From: the human T2T-CHM13v2.0 reference genome, Homo sapiens
Assembly: GCF_009914755.1 (NCBI RefSeq)
Contig: NC_060941.1
Strand: one strand, 5' to 3'
DNA length: 64,000 bases
Shown here: in pieces, positions 1 through 14,019 of the stretch
How positions within the stretch are numbered: the stretch's first letter is position 1
Layout: each line of letters opens with the position of its first letter
The notes under the pieces: model-generated
Databases searched by the model: none
Told to the model about the DNA's origin: nothing
What the model saw: only the letters and a program-made list of their open reading frames with translations
Made by a program: the position numbers and the translations under genes

Positions 1-169
1 ATGACCCCTCTCCTTCTGACATGGCCCTTGGAGGAAGAGATTACAGTGCTGAGAAAGAGAAAAGAACCAGACAAGGAGGTTTGGAGTCTTGCTATGTTGA
101 GCTTCTCTCAGGGAACCCCTGCCTGTCCAGCCCACTGTTCCTCTTATGGGGTGAAGGGGATTGAGCAGG

Positions 170-575
170 ATGCTTGTATTGCAAGGGACAAAAAATTTCT
201 AAGTTGACCTAGCCTAAACCACTGACCTAGTTCAACAGCCCATATAGCCCAATTTATTGCCTCAATGCAATAGAAAACTCAAGAAAGGAGTAGAACTGAA
301 TCTGGGGGGCACTGGAACAGGGACCTCACAGCCTGTCAGAGCTGCCCTGCCCCCATAGGTCTAATGTCCTCTTCATGGGGCCTTGATTCTTTCCTCCAAT
401 GGCAGCCTTCACACCAGCAGCTCTGGGCTCATGGCCAAAAGCTCAGGCACTTGAGAAAAAAAGAGTCACTTTCTCCCATCTCCAGTTAGAAAACCCCCAG
501 GGAATGACAGTCACTGGCCTGGCAGGAGTCAGATACCCACTTCTGCATCAATCAGTGTGACTAGAGGAGCAGGCT
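170..575 (-). mobile_element. Old MaLR LTR fragment (MLT1-type)
   Basis: ttgcaagggacaaaaa...cctagcctaa start and tcactggcctggcaggagtcagatacccac...atcaatcagtgtgactagagg resemble antisense MLT1 LTR. Confidence 0.5.
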
Positions 576-629
576 TCTATTTCAGGTCCAGCAAGCGCAC
601 ATCTCCCCATCCATCCCAGCTTACAGGAA

Positions 630-860
630 GTGTCACTTCCTCCGAGAAGCCTTCCCAAATGCCCCCGATTAAACCCTCATTGCACTGTTTTCTCCCTCAC
701 TGCACTTGTCTGAGCTCCAGTTTCATTCATGTGTCTGTGATTATTTATTTGATTAGTATCTGTCTCCTCCCCTAAATACAAGCTCCGTGAGAGCAAGGAC
801 CAGTCTGGATTTGCCCTTCTTGAATACATAGCCCTTTGCATGGGTCTGGCACACGGTGGC
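630..860 (+). mobile_element. L2 3' end fragment
   Basis: gtcacttcctccgagaagccttccc...tgtctcctcccctaaatacaagctccgtgagagcaaggac...tctggcacacggtgg. Confidence 0.75.
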
Positions 861-1167
861 AGAAAGTGGAAATAGGGGGTTTGAAAAACATAATGACAAA
901 TATGCTGTGGCTGCTTTAGGCCTGGCTGCATTTCCCTGTTGACTGTGGCAGCCCTTATTTTCTCCTTAGAAAACAAGCCCCCTGAAGTTCTTCTGGCAAT
1001 ATCCATCCTCCCACAAACAGGCTTGGGCCTGGTACCTAGTTATTTGTTCAACAGGTATGGATTGAACACCACTATGTGCCTTATGCTTTTCTGGGGTGGG
1101 ATATGTCAATGAGGGACATAGAGAGAAATTCCTTCCTGGTTTGGGGAGACTGAAAAGAGACAAATGA

Positions 1168-1563
<396 letters not shown>

Positions 1564-2292
1564 TGAAGGCAATAAGGGAGTTAACCGTGCAGCCATCCAG
1601 GGAAGAAGAGGTCCAGGAGAAAAAACAGCCAATGCAAAGCCCCTGTGCAGATGCACTCCTAAAAGAACAACAAGGAGGCCAGTGTGCCTGGAGGGAAGGA
1701 GAGGAAGAGTCCAGGGTTAACATCAAGGAGGAAGTAACGATCAGTTATCTGCAGAGACTAAGATGCCATTGTAAAGACTCTGGCTTTGACTCTAAGTCAG
1801 TTAACCCCTGGAGAAGTTTTCAACAAAGGACTGACATGATGTAAGTTGTGTCTTAACAGGAGTCATCTGGCTGTTGGGGGGTAAAGGACAGAAGCAAGGA
1901 GATCAGTTAGGAGGAGATGGCATAAGCCAAATGAGAGATGATAATGCCTCAAGCCAACATGTGAGAGGGTTGGATATACTGTGATGTCAGAGTCCAGAGG
2001 ATTTGCAGGTGCCCTGGAGTTGGCAATAGAGAAATAGAAGATCCAAGGGTAACTCCAAGGATTAGTTTTTAGCAGAACAACTCAAAAAATGAACTTACCA
2101 TGAACTGAAATAAGCAAGAATACAGGAAGAACAGATTTGATGGAGGGTGAGGAGAATGGCAAGGGGTTATCAGTTTGGTTTTGGCCATGCTATGCTCATA
2201 ATTCCTCTTAGACACCCAAGGGAAAATATTAAGCTTGATATACAGGTAGATGAGGGTATCTGGAGTTTGTGAGCAATAATGTTTGAGAGCCA

Positions 2293-2369
2293 TTAGGTTT
2301 AACCACATGAAAATATCAACATCCAACCATTTTGACCTACAAAATGGTAATCTCTTATGGTTTAACCTA
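2293..2369. mobile_element. MADE2-like mariner MITE nested in L2
   Basis: ~77 bp with inverted ends taggtttaaccacatgaaa...cttatggtttaaccta and core ccattttgacctacaaaatgg. Confidence 0.75.
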
Positions 2370-3800
2370 CAGATGGTTATTAAAGCCATACCACTGGGCC
2401 TGATCAACAGGGCTCGGACATAGGTGAAGAAGACATAAGGTCTATTGACTGAGACCTGGCATACTCCATTGTTAAAATGTCAGGAAGATGAGGAGAAACC
2501 AAGAAGACACTGAGAAGGAACCATGGTGGGGAGGTGGTGGTGGCATGATAGAAAAACCAGGAGAATATGGTGTCCTGGAAGTCAAGGGAAGAAAATATTT
2601 CAGAAAGGAAGGAGTGATCAACATAGTCAAATGTTTTGCATAACTCAAGGAGAATGAAAATTGAGAATTGACCACTGGTTTTAGCATTGGTCCCTGGGGG
2701 ACTGGGTAAAAATTATCTGAGTGGATTCAAGAGAAAATGGAAGAAAAAAATTGGAGGCAGCAAATATAGACAACCGTTTACAGCTTACTTTTTTTTTAAT
2801 ACCTGAAAGGACTGTTATATTTGAGTCTTTGAAGATAGGCAAAGGACTGAGAATAGAGTATTTGCAATCACACACTTTAGAGTAAAATTCTAATAAGTAA
2901 CTCCCAATTCCTCCTCCCCAGCAACTAGTGAATCTCTTAGCTAAGGAAATTATTTCTATGTGTTGAGCCCATTCAGGACCTGCTGAAACTTGACTCAAGC
3001 TATTCTGATCCCATACTAGTCTGAGATGAGAAGATTCACTTCCACATGTCAATATGTTTAATATTAATTACAAAGAACTATCAGACTCTCAGTGTGCAAT
3101 TGTTCAGTTTTAATTTTAAGCAGAGTCTTACTCCCTGTGTTTCTCAAGAGGGTTGCTCTCTCCAGGATGCCTGCAAAACACCAGCCTCTGGTTGCTGTTA
3201 TCTAGAAAGGCTTCACTCTCTGGCCCTATGGCTTCCTCTGGGAGCTTATTAATGACACCAAGACATGAACCCAGGTCTTCAGACTTCAAGCACCATGGCC
3301 TTTCCACGGTGCAACACTGGCTTTTGATGCTTTATTTGAGATCTTTGGGGAGATAGCACCTGCAATTTAATTGATTTTTTTATACAGTTCTCTGTGTACC
3401 AACCCTGACTCCCCTCCAAAGTGTACAGATAAATCATAGCAGATAGAAGGTCAAAATGAAATTTTTACAACCGTAAAAAATGGGAATTATTTAAACCATC
3501 TTATCTCAGAAGAACCCAGGACTGAATCGCCCCAAACACACGTGGTCCACAAGAATCTGTTAGATCCTAAGATCTAGTACCAAAAATACTGACAATTTGG
3601 GCAAATAAATTTATATTGTCAGCGGTAGAATGTCCAGGCTGATAAAGTACACATGTCTTCAGTATCAGAGCTATTTGTTGGCTTGAGTTTTTTTAAAGGT
3701 CATTGTTGAAAGGGTAGCCCCCTGTGGGAAAGAATGCATGAGAATTGTGTTGAATTTTTAAAGCCTGTGGCATTTAGGCCTTAAATGATATTTGAAAGTA

Positions 3801-3864
3801 CTCTCTCTCTGTCTGTCTCTGTATTTGTCCTTTTCTCTCTTCTCTTTCTCTCTTTCCCTCCCCC
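3801..3864 (+). repeat. CT-rich polypyrimidine tract
   Basis: ctctctctctgtctgtctct...tctctttctctctttccctccccc. Confidence 0.85.
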
Positions 3865-4249
3865 AGGTAATTTATAGGAAAATAAGAGAGTATTTAAATA
3901 ATATATGTTTTCTTATTTTGCAAGATATTAAACTTTTTAAATTACACATAACCTTGAGATTTAAAAAATTCACTTTGTAGCTGTCCTTGAAGGGTTTGTT
4001 GCTTTGTGATCCAGGGTGAGAGACAGTTCTAACTCAACCCGTTTACAGAGATTAAACAATTTGCCTCCCTTGAGACCTGCCATGGATTTCCCTCTGGGCT
4101 TTAGCTCTCCTCCATTCCTTAGGTGCAGGCTCCTTCCCTGCACTCCCACCTCCAATGATATTAACCATATGGAGGCTGAAGTGCATCTGCCAACATGAAC
4201 AACCTTGAATTGATCTTCATTAGCATGATTATCAGCATCCCCTTAACAC

Positions 4250-4492
4250 AATAATCACTGAACACTAATTGTTTTCCAGGCATGTAAAGTTCAGTGCTTA
4301 CATGCATTGTCTCATTAAATCCTATGACAAACACAAGTTGTAGTTATGATTATAATTCTCCCCATTTTACAGAGAAGGGCACTGTGGCTCAGAAAGTAAG
4401 TTAATTAAGATCATCTACTCAGGAAATGGCAAGGTGAAAATTTGAGCTTAGATTTGTTGGCCCCCCAGAGTCCATTTTTGTAATTACTATGC
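4250..4492 (-). mobile_element. MIR
   Basis: cccattttacagagaagggcactgtggctcaga antisense core. Confidence 0.8.
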
Positions 4493-4785
4493 AGTGCAGC
4501 TTTAAAAGTTAAGATCATCACCAAATTACTCAATCTTAACCAAGACATTTTTAATTTATCTCCCATGGGATAACACATTATGAGCATTTACTTTCTGATC
4601 TCAGTAGAATGCAGAGAAGGTTAAACTATTCCCTCCCTGAGACAGCATAATGCAGTGGAAAGATCTCAGACAAGGATGTATTTCCTAGGTCCACCCTGAC
4701 TTCTTAAGGGCTCTTAGTTTGGGCTTCCATGTACCCCCTTGGTACCCATATTCATATCTGTAAACTAAACATAAAAATACCTGGT

Positions 4786-5290
4786 GTCTTAGCTAAGATA
4801 CTTTGGGTTATGAGTAACAGAAACAGAAGCTGATTCAAGTTTTCACTTAGCACAGTGTTTAGCAAATAGTCGATGCACCATAAATAAGTGGTGAATGAAT
4901 GAATGAGTGTCTTAAGAAAGTAGGAAAGGTATCAGAAGAATCCTGGGGCGTCATGTGGTATCTAAAAGAAACCTGGAAATCAAAGCTTCAGAAAGATCAG
5001 AAATCATAGGCAGCTCTGGTGATCTCAGCAGGAGTTTGTGACCAACGAGTACAGAGACCAGGATCACCAGTTCCTCCTGCCACACCTCTGCCCCAGCCCT
5101 GGCAATGCCGGAGAAGTAGCCTGGTGTTCACGTTTGTGCATGTGACTGAGTGTCTTTGACAGGTTGAGTCCCCATAGAATGTGTTACATGAGATGCTAAA
5201 GAGATGGAAAATAGAGGTTGCTTTTCAGGTTCCATTTCCAGTCAAGATTCATAACAAGCACGGATGCTTAACCTGCCCCCCAAGATCAAC
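4786..5290 (-). mobile_element. Old MaLR LTR pieces (MLT1-type) with embedded L2 tail
   Basis: tgtcttagctaagatactttgggttatgagtaacagaaac start; L2-like tgaatgaatgaatga at ~4890. Confidence 0.45.
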
Positions 5291-6019
5291 TCCAGAGGAA
5301 CACAAAGGAAGGGAAAACTGAAAACCAGGAGGAACCATGGGGGTGTGGTCCTATTTTGAATTGGACGGTAGGGCGGAAGGTGATGGTGTGGCCTGGGCAG
5401 GACGTATCCCAGCACAGCAGCAGAAGTGTAAAAGAGAGGGGGAAATATTAGGAATTCTGTTCTTTCTTCTACCCAGTAACAGCCTTGGGAAAAACCTGTG
5501 GAGACTAAATCTTATGCCCTCATTATTGTCAGGAGTAAAATCAGAGCTGTACAGAAGTCCTGTGCTAAAGGGAGGCTGAGCAAAGCAGGCAGAGTGACTG
5601 ACTTGGGCCGTTACTTCCTCTCCCATCCTATCTGAACTTCTGGGGCTGTAAAATTACTGTCTAAAGAGTGGAGCCTCTCTATGGGTGGCAAAGGGTTAAG
5701 ATTGAGCTGAGAGGTGTCTTGGTAAGTGTTTTCTCATGCCAGGGGTTCTGCACCTTAAGGCTCACCTCTCCCTACTTCCTGAGTTCACTGGAATTGAAGT
5801 AGATAGAATCTGGCATCTCACCACCAACACTGCCAAAAGGAGTAACCAATACTCTCAGGGAAAAATGAGCTCACAAGTCAAAACAACAGGACAATTGAGG
5901 AGCACAAACATTTCAATAGAAAATAGTTATGTTTCTGGGCCCAGAGGCCAGGCTGGGTTGGGGACCAGGATCCCAACCCTGTGACAATGGGAGAAAAGGG
6001 GACTGGAACTGTTCCTGAG

Positions 6020-6160
6020 CAAATACCTCATGGCAAGTACCATGTGGGCTTCTCTGTACACCATCTTGCTTAATCTCACCTCTGTCCTTTGAGATAGGAC
6101 TTGTCACTACCACGTCACAAGTCAGAAGAAGCTGAGGCTCGGAGCAGTCACATGGCTTCT
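6020..6160 (-). mobile_element. MIR
   Basis: ttaatctcacc...gaagaagctgaggctcggag. Confidence 0.6.
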
Positions 6161-6210
6161 TAAAGGAGACCCAATTTACAAATAGCATGACAGATTTTAA
6201 CCTAGACCTA

Positions 6211-6415
6211 AGCTCTGGAGTCAGACCATCTAGATTTAAGTCACTTCCTAACTGCATGAACTTGACCAAATCATTTAACTTCTCTGACCTCAACTTCCTC
6301 TTCTGCAAAACAGGGCTAAAAATTGTACCTAACTCATTGGATTGTTGTGAGGATGCAATGAATTTAGAATAGCTCCTGATAGTTATGTGGTACTCAGTAA
6401 ACATTGGTTGTTATT
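6211..6415 (+). mobile_element. MIR
   Basis: ctctggagtcagac...ttctctgacctcaacttcctcttctgcaaaacaggg...gttgtgaggat. Confidence 0.85.
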
Positions 6416-6759
6416 TTAATTATTTCCAGCTGTGTACCTGTGCCTTTAACATTCAGCCTTTCTGGTAAAATGTAATAAATCTCCTCTCTTCTTGTTTAAG
6501 TAGCAACCAATTGGAATTGTTACACATTTGCTTCTTAAATAGAGTCCACCTACATGGTCTAGAAAGGAAGAAACAGGGTGAGTTCTGAGATCAAATCCTA
6601 ATTTTTAACAGAGAGCTCAAAATGAGAGAGTATGTCCTGCTTTGGAAAAGAGATTTCTCTAAGCACCCAGAAAGGACACAGGTATTACCAGAGAAAGGAT
6701 TCTGTTCCAAGATCTAAACTTATCCAGAAGGAATCAAAAGCAAAGGCTAAAATATTAAA

Positions 6760-7030
6760 CATTAGGGAATGCTTCCTTAACTAATTAAACACCAATGCAA
6801 CGGAATATTATGAAACTCTCAAAACTTATCTGTACACATAAGGCATTAAACACACTCACACACATACTTGTGAAACAGTTAAATGCAAAAAACACAGCAC
6901 AAAACAGTGGGTAGACTATGATTCAGTTCTGGAAAAATACAGCTATCTGTGTAGACACAGAGAGAAAATTACAAGGGAAGTGTGCTAACATGCAGGGAAT
7001 GGGGGTAACTTTTTTGAGACTTTCCTTGAA
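6760..7030 (+). mobile_element. Old L1M 3' fragment
   Basis: caatgcaacggaatattatgaaac and A-rich L1M-like 3' UTR. Confidence 0.5.
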
Positions 7031-7329
7031 GTTATAGTCCTTTCAAAAGAAATGCAAAATATTGAGGAATAGAACTATGTTGTACATTTATGTTTTAAAA
7101 AACTCACACCAATGCAAATCTAATTTATTTTTCTTTTGCAGGAAGTTAATCTGAAACATATATGGTCTTATATTGATGTATTCTAACTATATAAAAATAC
7201 ACAAAGTCACCTACACACAAATCCACACCCATAGAAGCTTGCAGAAGGACAAGCGATTCATAAGCATCACTGGAATGGGAAGCTGTTTCCAATCAAAGAC
7301 CCAGAAAGGATTGATGGGAGAGAGGACCT

Positions 7330-7500
7330 ACGATGTGCCTAGAACTTTACAGCAAGTTTCCTATAGGAATTTCCATATTAACCCTTCAAAGTACTTAGCA
7401 TTATCCCCATTTGCAGATGAGGAAGTGAGGCTCAGAGATGTGAAGTGACTTGCCAGGCATCACACAGCTCGTGGGTGTGGCTTCCACCTCACCACACTCT
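7330..7500 (-). mobile_element. MIR
   Basis: ccccatttgcagatgaggaagtgaggctcagagatgtgaagtgacttgcc. Confidence 0.85.
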
Positions 7501-8344
7501 GATAGGCACCAGTGTCAGGCACAATCAGATACAAAGTCAGTGAGTTTGGAGCTTTTCTCAATTGGCCTCAACACCTCCTAACTGTCTCTTTGCAAAGCAG
7601 CCCACTCTTACCAGAACAGCAGCTTCTTCCTCTGCCCTCCCCCAGTCGAACCCTGCACTTTCTCATCTTTGTATCCCAGGAGCTGGCACCGGCCTTGTCA
7701 TGGGGAGACACCTAGGGAAAGATGGGCAAAGAGACAAGAATTTCCAAGTTTCCTCTGACTGCTCCCCTGCAACACGGAGAGCCTGAGCTAGCACAAAGGT
7801 CCCCTTCCACACGCTGGCCATCACACATCTGTTGGGGAGATGTCATTGTGGCCACAAACTCCGTCGTCTGTGATCGATAACGGATGACTGATGTGAGTGG
7901 AAATTTTGAATAAAGGAACATGATCGTGCCAGAGAAGATATGAGAAATAAACATGGCGAAGCGGGTCCTCTTCTGCAGGAGCAGGCTCTTGCCTGTGCCA
8001 GGACCTGGCACATAACATGGTCACATTAAGCATTGAATAAACATTTGTTAAATGGATGGATGGATTATGATTATCCTGTGAATCCACACAAATTTGGTAG
8101 TACCACAGGTATTTCAAAATTGATGTGCCACAATCTGAATTCATCATCTCCGCAACATTCTCTTTTCTCTCATGGTCCATTGGTTATCCAACCAGGACAT
8201 AGCTGCCAGCCTTGACTCCTCCCTGTCCCCCACTCCGCCCCATCCTCCCTGTCACCAAAGCCTGGCAAGTCTGTACACGTTAAGTCTCAAATGTCGTTAA
8301 ACCCCTGTCTTTCCCCCACCCTGGAGGCCACCCTCTTGGTCAGG

Positions 8345-8515
8345 AGTGATTGAGATCACAAGCTCAGGAGTAGGCATGCCTGAACAAGCATGTGCCAGCT
8401 TTACGCCCTTTGGTAAAGCACTCAACCTCTGGAAACCTCAGGTTTCTCTTCTATAACATGGGGCAAATAATGGTTCCTACCTCAGTAGAGGATAATTATG
8501 AGAGCACAATGTGAC
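8345..8515 (+). mobile_element. MIR
   Basis: aacctctggaaacctcaggtttctcttctataacatggggcaaataatggttcctacctca. Confidence 0.75.
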
Positions 8516-9789
8516 AAGTAGATCATCTTCCACCTGACTTAACCCAAAATCCTATTACTGAGTCTCCCTGTTTCAGGTCCCGACCCCTTCTCCCCAGGCA
8601 GTCAGAGGGCCCAGTCTGAAATTCAAGTCTGTTCTCTCACTCCTGGTGTCTAGTGAAAGGAGCCTGTCTTTTGGAGTCATAAAGTGTAGATTCATGTGTG
8701 CCTAGGAAGCCCAGTTATTTGGCTTTCTCATGCCCTCCATTTATGCATCTCAAAGCATCACCAGGCATTGCTGTATGCTGAGGGTTACATCTGACAGCAC
8801 AAGTGAGAGCCTTAGCTCAGGACCTGGCACCCATTGGGCACTCAGTAAAGCTTAGCTCTTTTTCCTCTCCCTTCTTTCTTGTCAGGAGAGTGTAGGAGGA
8901 AGTTGGGATCAAACCCTGGAGGGAGAGGTCCCAAAGGGTGGAGAAAGTGAAGGGGAAGAGTACCGTGAAAGTCAGGCTGGCAGCCCAGCCTGTTTCATCA
9001 GGACACCCCCAGAGAGCTGCCCCTTGCTGAGCAGAGGTGTCCAGTGAGCCATCCATCAGAAGCACTGGCAGTGCTGGTAAAATCACAGCTTCCATAGCCC
9101 CATCACACTCTATTCTCTAAATCCCCATGCAGTAGGCCTGGGCATGACCTGGGAGTCAGCATTATAACATATATCCCAGGAGGCCCCACTGCTTAGCTGG
9201 GTTTGGGAAGCCCTGCTCAGTGAATTTGCCTTTGATAAGCAGCCCAGAAGCCTCCTTAAACTGAAGCTATTCCTTGGCCATCTTTTTGGTAGATAAAAAG
9301 TGGCAGCAACAGGGAATTTGATTTCATATGGATGGATTTACATTAATTGGAGAAAACAAAGTCTAGACATTTTGAAAAACCAAGGGACAAGGTGGCCAAG
9401 AATGCTAACATTGTACTGTGGCCTTTGGGCTCTCAGCACCTGATTAGAGACCAGGACAAACCTGCTCAGGCCTGGCCTGAGGCCGGGATGGTTCTAGGTT
9501 GACTTCGACCAGCAGGTGATCTTCTCTCGAGCCTAGAATAACATCTTTTGTCAGCTGTCTGATGCCACTCTTCTGTCTTGGTACCAGGTTAAATGGCATT
9601 TAGAGAAACAATTTGGCACCTGAACTCTAATATTGGTGCTTAGCAGCTGTAAAAGGATGGTGGGGGGGCATCATCTAGAGACCCCAAGGCAATAATTCTT
9701 CAGATCACATGGAGCCTTAGAGGCTACCATAACTCAATACTAAAGAAGGCCACACAGTTGCAGAAAGGGTACTAAGACTTTCCAAATTC

Positions 9790-9852
9790 TGACCAGGTAT
9801 CAGGCCCTGTGCTAGGCCATGTGTATGTGTACTTACATAAATGAATGCATAA

Positions 9853-9896
<44 letters not shown>

Positions 9897-10210
9897 GCAT
9901 GTACACACATATACGTGTTTATGTGTATATATATGCACATATTTATTTTCTATATATGAATATGTATGTGAATGTTCATGTGCATGTTTATATTCATATA
10001 TGTATTCATATACATATGCAGGTGTCTACGTGCGTATATGTGTGTATATATAGGATATACTGTATATATCTTCACAATAGCCCTCATTATCAGGCTTATT
10101 TTAGAGTTAAGAAAACTGAGGTGTAGAGAAATTAAGTAACTTCCCAATGTCACAAAGCTGAGTTTGACTCCAAATGCTTATGAAACCAGTGTCCTTTCTA
10201 CACTGCTTCC
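9790..10210 (-). mobile_element. MIR split by a TA/CA/TG microsatellite
   Basis: ccctgtgctagg before the tract; aagaaaactgaggtgtagagaaattaagtaacttcccaatgtcaca after. Confidence 0.7.
9820..10068. repeat. Compound (TA)n/(CA)n/(TATG)n low-complexity tract
   Basis: atatatatat..., acacacac..., tatgtatgtg... Confidence 0.9.
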
Positions 10211-10789
10211 TCTCCTAAAAATAAAACATAAAGAGGCACACAGCAGTTCTAGCTCTCTGGAATATGTGTTGTAAATCCTGGGTACAATGACTATAAGAAT
10301 CTCCAAAACGTGCCTTACTATATCTAGGAGTAGGGGAGACAAGCTCTGGGCATAGCCAGGTAGCCCAGGTGTGCCAGGCCAAAAGATCAGAGACCCAATT
10401 CCCAAGTAAGCAAACTGATGAACTCACTCTTTCTCCTTCCCAACCTTTCTCTGCCTGCCCTATGTTATAGGAACCATGTAATCTATAATAGAACTTTTAG
10501 ACTCCCATGCATGCGTCGGCTTAGGAGAAGGTGTTTGGATTTAAGAGTCTGGAGCAATAATTTCCTTTTAGTTTCCATTGTAACTTTGAATGGTTACAAA
10601 TTGCCTCATTGTAGACTTTAAATAAATAATGCATGTCTCTCCAATAATTATTCAAGAGAAGATTTGTTTCTTACCTACCCTGTGGTCTATTACTTGCCTC
10701 TGGTATTTTAATAATCTTAATCATCATCTGTTTAGCATCTCCAGGCTGCTGTGCTCACTGCAAGGTAGCTTATACCTTAACCCTGACAT

Positions 10790-10985
10790 GCACAATAATC
10801 TGGCCAGTCAAGTTGCTTGTCCCACTTTCTTGTCTGTGTGTCCCATGGGACTGTAAGTTCCATGCAGATAGAGTTGGCATAGAAATGGTTCAGATGCATG
10901 GGGCCCCAGGACCTAGCACAGTGCTTGGCACACGGTAAGCATTCCACATTTACTGAAGGAAAGGATGGGTGAATGGATGGATGAG
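10790..10985 (+). mobile_element. L2 3' end
   Basis: gactgtaagttccatg...cctagcacagtgcttggcacacggtaagc...tgaatggatgg. Confidence 0.75.
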
Positions 10986-11499
10986 TGCTGGGAGGCTGTA
11001 TTGTAAATAACAAAAGTGGGATCTGAAGGAAGGTATGGGACTCTGAAGTCTGCATTCCTTTTACCTTTTGCTATATTTTTCTGTCTCACTATTATATTTT
11101 GTTTTCTCTGGGCCTTTTTCTTCAGTCACACTTTTCCAAGTTCATGTGTGCTATTTCTTGGACTGGTTCTATTTATTTAGCTGGAGGCAGATTTGCATTT
11201 TTAAAGTTCATGTGTTTGTTTTCGAGCCAAGGTCGTTTTTATGTGTGTCATTTCTCTGGGCCTTCACTTTTCACGTTTTATGACCATATCCAGAATTTCC
11301 CACTTCTCCAAGAAGTAACTGGGTGGTTGGGAGGGGGGACAGTCAAGGGTATTGGTCCAATGGGCAATGAGATGTGGGTGAGATTGGGGCCAGTTCCTGG
11401 GCAGCCCCTCTGAGGCCCCCACACCTCCATGCCTCCATGGCCTCCATGGGCACGGATGGCAGGCCCAGCACATAGGCCTCTCTGCCATCATCCCACCCC

Positions 11500-11740
11500 A
11501 ACCCCCACTTGGAGAATAGAGGTCAGGTCTGCTGTATCAACTGTCCTATCTTGAATGCTGGTAGTTGTAATAGAGTGAACGAGAGCTGTATAGGGTCTTA
11601 TACCAGCAATAGATGCTTGGCCCAGAAATAAGACATCACTTCCACTCATATTTCACTGTTCAGCTCCATCCATGGGGTCCTGTCCAACCACGGGGAGCCG
11701 GGAATTGTAGTCCCACCAAGGGCCCAGAAAAAAAGAGAGA
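11500..11740 (-). mobile_element. MaLR/ERVL LTR fragment
   Basis: catcacttccactcatatttcactg...gggaattgtagtcc. Confidence 0.5.
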
Positions 11741-12461
11741 CAGAAGTAATTAATGAATAGCAATAATGACTGCACAACCTCCAAGACAACTTCCCATCTT
11801 AAAACCCTCCTGCTTTTCTCTCACCACCAAGAGTCCCAGATCAGAGCCCCTGAGGTCATGAGAATGCAGCCTTTGCCACCCTGCCAGCCTCATTTCTAGG
11901 CCTCCATCTCCAGTAACCCAGCTGATTAAGTTCCCTTGGCAGGCCATGCATGGCCCTTCCACATGGTCTTCCTGCTGTCCGATCTGCCCAGGAACTCATT
12001 CAGGGTGACTCGGGGCAAATGGCTTCTCCTCCAAGCTAGCCTCCACCAACATCTCCAATTAGAGCTGAGTCCCCGTCTCTGCAATCCTTAGTAACTTGTT
12101 CACTGTCCTTGGCATTTTACCCTCTCTGTTTATTCATGAGCATGTATCTTCCACCAGCCTGACCCAAGAGACAGTGACTAAGTTCTACTTGTCTCACAAT
12201 GCTCAGACCTCACAGCACCCCCAGTGTGAGATGTTCAGCCTACACCTCTCAAATATTTAGTGCTGACTACTTTGACAACACTTATTATTTAGGCATGGCT
12301 TATCAATTTTTAAAAATGTTATTAATATCTGTTTTACAGTTTATTATTTATTCCGTAACTTTCCAAAGGATGGGCCATCTTGATCTTGCTGCTGCACTTT
12401 ATGCCTATCCTCATGGCTACTGGGCTACACAGTCTAATTTGACTTTAAGATTCAGGAGGGT

Positions 12462-12760
12462 GGCCAGGCATAGCTCACGCCTGTAATCCCAGCGCTTTAG
12501 GAGGCCGAGGCAGGCAGATCACCTGAGGTCAGGAGTTTGAAACCGGCCTGGCCAATGTGGCAAAACCTCTTCTCTACTAAAAATATAAAAATTAGCAGGG
12601 TGTGGTGGCTCATGCCTGTAATCGCAGCTACTCGGGAGGCTAAGGCAGAAGGATCACTTGAACCCAGGAGGCAAAGTTTGCAGTGAGCTGAGATCAGGCC
12701 ACTGAACTCCAGCCCGGACGGCAGAGAGAGATTCCCTCTCAAAAAAAAAAAAAAAAAAAA
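12462..12760 (+). mobile_element. Alu (AluS-like), full length with A20 tail
   Basis: ggccaggcatagctcacgcctgtaatccc...; degenerate TSD aagattcaggagggt / aagattccaggaaggt. Confidence 0.97.
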
Positions 12761-12965
12761 GATTCCAGGAAGGTATGTTGCCGAAAAGAAAGTAGAGTAT
12801 CTTATGACAGACCTGTATCACACCCAGACCAGGAAGCATCAATGTCATCAAAGCATGGATGGCGTGACTATTGTCACTATCTCCTTCCTATGCTCCTGGA
12901 AGGATGAATGTGTGGGTGGTGATCCTGGGAGCCTGTGCCTGGAGAGGAGGGAGCCAAGTAAGGCT

Positions 12966-13750
<785 letters not shown>

Positions 13751-13829
13751 GCCAAGAACCCCTAAAGCTTCACAGGAGAGAATCCGTGTAGGCCTGGCTC
13801 CCAACACCAGAAGGACAGAAAGATGGCTG

Positions 13830-14002
13830 AGCTTGCTGCATAACAACCACGAGGGGAACTTGTCAGAAATACAGATCCCAGGTTCCAGGTCCCAGGTCCC
13901 AGTGAGTCTCACTCAGTAAGTCTTTGCTCCTGCCTAGGAATCTGTGGTTCAAGCAAGCATCCCAGGTAATTACAATATATTGTCAGATTTGGGAGGCATT
14001 GG
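13830..14002. mobile_element. MER5-type hAT relic
   Basis: cttgtcagaaatacagatcccagg...ctaggaatctgtggttcaagcaagcatcccaggtaatt...tttgggaggcattg. Confidence 0.7.
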
Positions 14003-14019
14003 TTTAGCTTGTGCTCCAA

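Noticed and set aside
7115-7145. Strong-looking 3' splice site (ctaat...ttttcttttgcag); similar ones near 19640, 23788, 34018 and 40915
   Set aside because: No convincing paired donor or coding frame; such motifs are common by chance.
7712-8011. ORF starting PGPGTGKS, resembling a Walker A motif
   Set aside because: It does not fit GxxxxGKS, starts at GTG, overlaps an L2-tail-like sequence and has no downstream NTPase features.
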